NCBI GenBank assembly: GCA_030704615.1
Contig: CM060732.1
Coordinates: 18,538,001-18,602,000 of the forward strand
From: Takakia lepidozioides
Taxonomy: Eukaryota > Plantae > Bryophyta
Length of the DNA stretch: 64,000 nt
Reading direction: 5' to 3'
Positions within the stretch are counted from its first letter, which is position 1. The number at the start of each line of letters is the position of its first letter. Position numbers and translations under genes: made by a program. Positions 60,721 through 64,000 of the stretch are shown piece by piece. The notes under the pieces were generated by a model. It worked only from the letters and a program-made list of their open reading frames with translations, did not search any database and had not been told where the DNA came from.

Positions 60721-61149
60721 TGCTCCTGCATAGCGTCTGCAATGCTGCCCCTGCTGGACCCATCTCCTGGTGCCACTGACTTCAGCAGTGGGCTCAGCAG
60801 GCTGCCCATCACCAACACTGACGTCAGCCAATCTAATTTTCCAGTAAGCTCTCTCCAATAATCTCTCCTCTGCCACATACTCTCCATTCAAACCAAGCGT
60901 CAAAGTCTCTCACAGCAAGAAAATGCAATGTCATGGAACAGCATAAAACCTGGGGTGAATGAACTACCTACCTCATGTAGCACACGGCCAAGCTTCAGGT
61001 AACCCAGAAAACCAGTTGCCCATGCAAACCAAAAGGGTAAATATCTTTTTTCCTTCTCTCTCTACAGACAAACCTCCTTTACGCCAGTAGCCCACAGATG
61101 AGATCTTATCCAAAACAGCTCTCAACCCAACTTGCCTTTTTGTGTGACA

Positions 61150-63706
61150 TTAAAGTGTCCGAGAAAGAGTTCGAAACTCCTGCAGGCAGGTGAGCAGGTT
61201 GGTGCATCGCTTCTGCAACGCAATCCGCTCAGACTCAAGTTTCTCAATGGCTCCAGGCGCTACAAACATGTCAAAGAATTCCTGATCACTCACTGCAAAA
61301 AGTTCCAGCGAAACTTCGAGCGCCAGCTGATCACGGCTGTATCCAGTTTTGCACCCAATCTCCACGGTTAACACTCACAGCCCACATACAAATGAAGATA
61401 AGGACAGTTGCCAGTCGTCCTTGACTCTCAGTCACTGCAACACTAACTGATCAGACTCCCTAAAGAGGTTGATGTAATTTTTATGGATGGAGCTTTGACG
61501 AAGCTACATCTCCATACTGAGCATAAAACAAGCCCACATGGATTTGTAATCATTCGGTCTACCTCAAATTTAGGTCTTTGCATTGCCTAAAAACCTCAAA
61601 AAGGGCAAAGAAATCAACCTAGCTTGTAAATCATAACAACTTGGAAAGTCAAGAGGGAAAGGAATCAACATCGGTTTAAAATGGTACTACTCAAAGTCAT
61701 GCAAAGTTGAGGCTCCTGGGACAATGTATTTTCCTTTTGGGACTCTAAAAGACACTGGTAGCAGCACATTTTCATCCTTGAACTCAAACATGGACAAGCA
61801 TAGATTAAATGGACTGTACCCAGAGAAAGAAAGAAAAGAGACTTTAATGTCCAGGGGACTCTAGGGTTCTCTAGGACTTACCATGCCACCAGGAAGGCCT
61901 CATTCAATGTATGCACAGTGCGCGCTACCAACATTTCACGAATCCTACCGAATTGTGCTGCAGTCAAGGTGCACACATCCCTGTATATTGACTTGTCAGC
62001 CCCAGCTGGCAGCAGTTGAATGGCAGCATCCTTTAGAAGACCTAGACGCTCACCATTTGATCGCCGCCGCCTCTTTTTTTTCTTTCCCCCTCCCCCTGCC
62101 TCAACAGGGGTATGAGCAGGGTCTTGCAGTAAACTTAGACGCCCACTTGCCACTCCAAATTCTCTCTTCGCTTCAGCAGCAGCTTGCTCAGGTGTGGGTG
62201 TCTCTGGAACTGTCATCTGGCTCTCCCTCAGTTGGTCTCTCATATGTATTGGGCTTCTCCCATTGCCATGATGGATGGTTTGTTTTTCATCTTGGTGCAT
62301 GACAAATTCCCCATCTTCATCTGAGACCTCCATTTTGGCAGCCCCAATAATTAGTTCTTCAGAATTTTGGAGGCTGAATGGGTCATGAGTACGACGTACC
62401 CCTGCTGTAGGCACCCAAAACTAAATCAGCACACATGCTCTATATTTCCTATTTCTGACCAACATTACCTATAGGAGGCACACATGAAGGGGATCACCAA
62501 TTTAGCAAACATTGTATATTCAAATAGCACAGTAGCCTATGGAACACCGTGCAAGAGACTAGCAATGATACCTGTCTGATTAGTTTAATAAAACCCTTCA
62601 TCTGGGTCATACTGGTTAAGTTGCTCATAGCATTTGCAGGAACATGGAGGAAGTGAGGAAAGAGGGGAGCTTATAGTTTCTTTTATTGATTCACCTCATT
62701 TCACCACACCTTTGTGTCCCAGGATTGTTGGAAGCTAGGTGCTAGAAAGAGGATGATTTGAAACCAGCTAGGTGTCTATTCATGGAGGAAGACAAAAGAT
62801 GCACCTGTCTACATGTTACTGAGGTGGGGGGGGGGGGGGGGGGGGGGGGGTGTGGGGAAGATTGCAGAGGTTGTGAGTACACAACGGAGCATGACACCTG
62901 TGCTCCCTTTTGCTAAAGCAAAGAATGCAAAGGATGCCGTTTCCACAATTGAGCTACTAGACCGTCTCAGGTGTCCCTGTTCAACCCATTGTCTCTTTAG
63001 TAGGTTTCTTTTCATACCTCTACCTATTGGAGGGGGCGAGCCATCGGAGCAATGGTTCAAGGAAATTGATGAAGAGATAGGGGCTCAGCGTGTCCCCTTG
63101 GATGGTGCTTGCCTGGGTCTTTAAGACTGGATAAATGTGGGTTAATGCTGCCAACTACTCCACACAGTAAGGCATCTTCACCTTTTGGACTTCTACTAGA
63201 GAGTGTGGAGCCTATGCATTTCTCAATTCAAGCCACAGATTGTCATTCCATTTGATGGACTGATGTGTGTTAATTTGAAATGGACGTTCTCAGAACTATT
63301 GGTTAAAATGAATACTGGTACTGGCAGCCTGGGGAAATGGCCTCCAATCTTGGCTTTTAACAGCTAATATGTTGATCACAATGCATGGTTCAAGGCATTG
63401 AAGCCAAGAAAGGACAATGTCTATCCTCTCGAGAATTTTGGTGGCTTTATTGATGATCTTTATATATCAGAAAATGCAGTCCAGAAGATGCTGATGTATG
63501 TTACTTACCACCAGTGCGGCCCCCAGAGACATTACTCTCGCAGCCAGACACTTCAGAAAAACAGCTGATGATGGCAGCCAAGTCGTGACGCACCAGGTCC
63601 TTGGAGTTGTTTGCTACTTCATGGATGAAGAGGTCATGGGCTTGACGCAACGCAGCATGGAAGGCAACATATACGGAGAGGTCTGATGTAGCTTTAGGGC
63701 CTACAC
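61150..63706 (-). CDS. DRP5A: Dynamin-related protein 5A-like, last three exons (about 63706-63509, about 62404-61882, 61336-61150); gene continues beyond the window
   Basis: YVAFHAALRQAHDLFI..LVRHDL, QMTVPETPTPEQ, AAQFGRIREMLV, CRDQL..LELFAVSDQEFFDMFVAPGAIEKLESER..LQEFRTLSRTL*. This matches the plant DRP5A C-terminus as I recall it. GT-AG introns have compatible phases (1 and 2). Confidence 0.82.
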
Positions 63707-64000
63707 CTGTTTCAAAGGGCAACAAGCTACTCTGGTCAGTCTGTATCTGGCTCCAACTCTCTTATTCCCTTTCCCAACTTATTATTTATTACCCTCACAA
63801 TCTCCTCAGTTGCAACAAAGAACCAAAATCGAGAACAAGCACCCCACCATGTACTGATGCTGCCCAGGAAACCACCTCCCCGCTGACAGGTTTCTCTCTA
63901 CAGCTCCCCCTTCACCTCACTCTCCTCACTCTTGGTGTAGAAGCAAATGAATCTTGGAAAGACAAAGCCAATGAGTTCCTGCCTTTAGGGTGGGAATCAT

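Overview
A 64-kb window of a land-plant nuclear genome, probably a non-seed plant (inferred from gene and transposon content, not proven). Two host genes flank about 53 kb of nested transposable elements: a 5-exon EF-hand Ca2+-binding protein gene (248-4870, +) and the last three exons of a DRP5A-like dynamin (61150-63706, -). In order, the TE block holds: a truncated Ty1/Copia carrying a SINE; a CACTA element; a modular quasi-palindromic repeat family; a young Ty3/Gypsy-like element; a Naiad/Chlamys-type Penelope-like RT fragment; a Gypsy remnant; an intact chromovirus; and a decayed L1 LINE. Two elements stand out. (1) The Gypsy-like element at 30045-41658 (-) encodes a complete C5-cytosine DNA methyltransferase between protease and RT, and a PHD finger on its integrase. 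It has a 16-nt self-complementary priming site instead of a tRNA PBS. Its terminal repeats are split (X-ORFs-Y-X-Y), with TGTC...GACA ends and a 4-bp TSD, as if it integrated from a 2-LTR circle opened at an att-like site inside the LTR. (2) The CACTA element carries a spliced proline-rich gene ending in a SET/PR-type methyltransferase domain. All calls come from reading motifs by eye; no searches were run.
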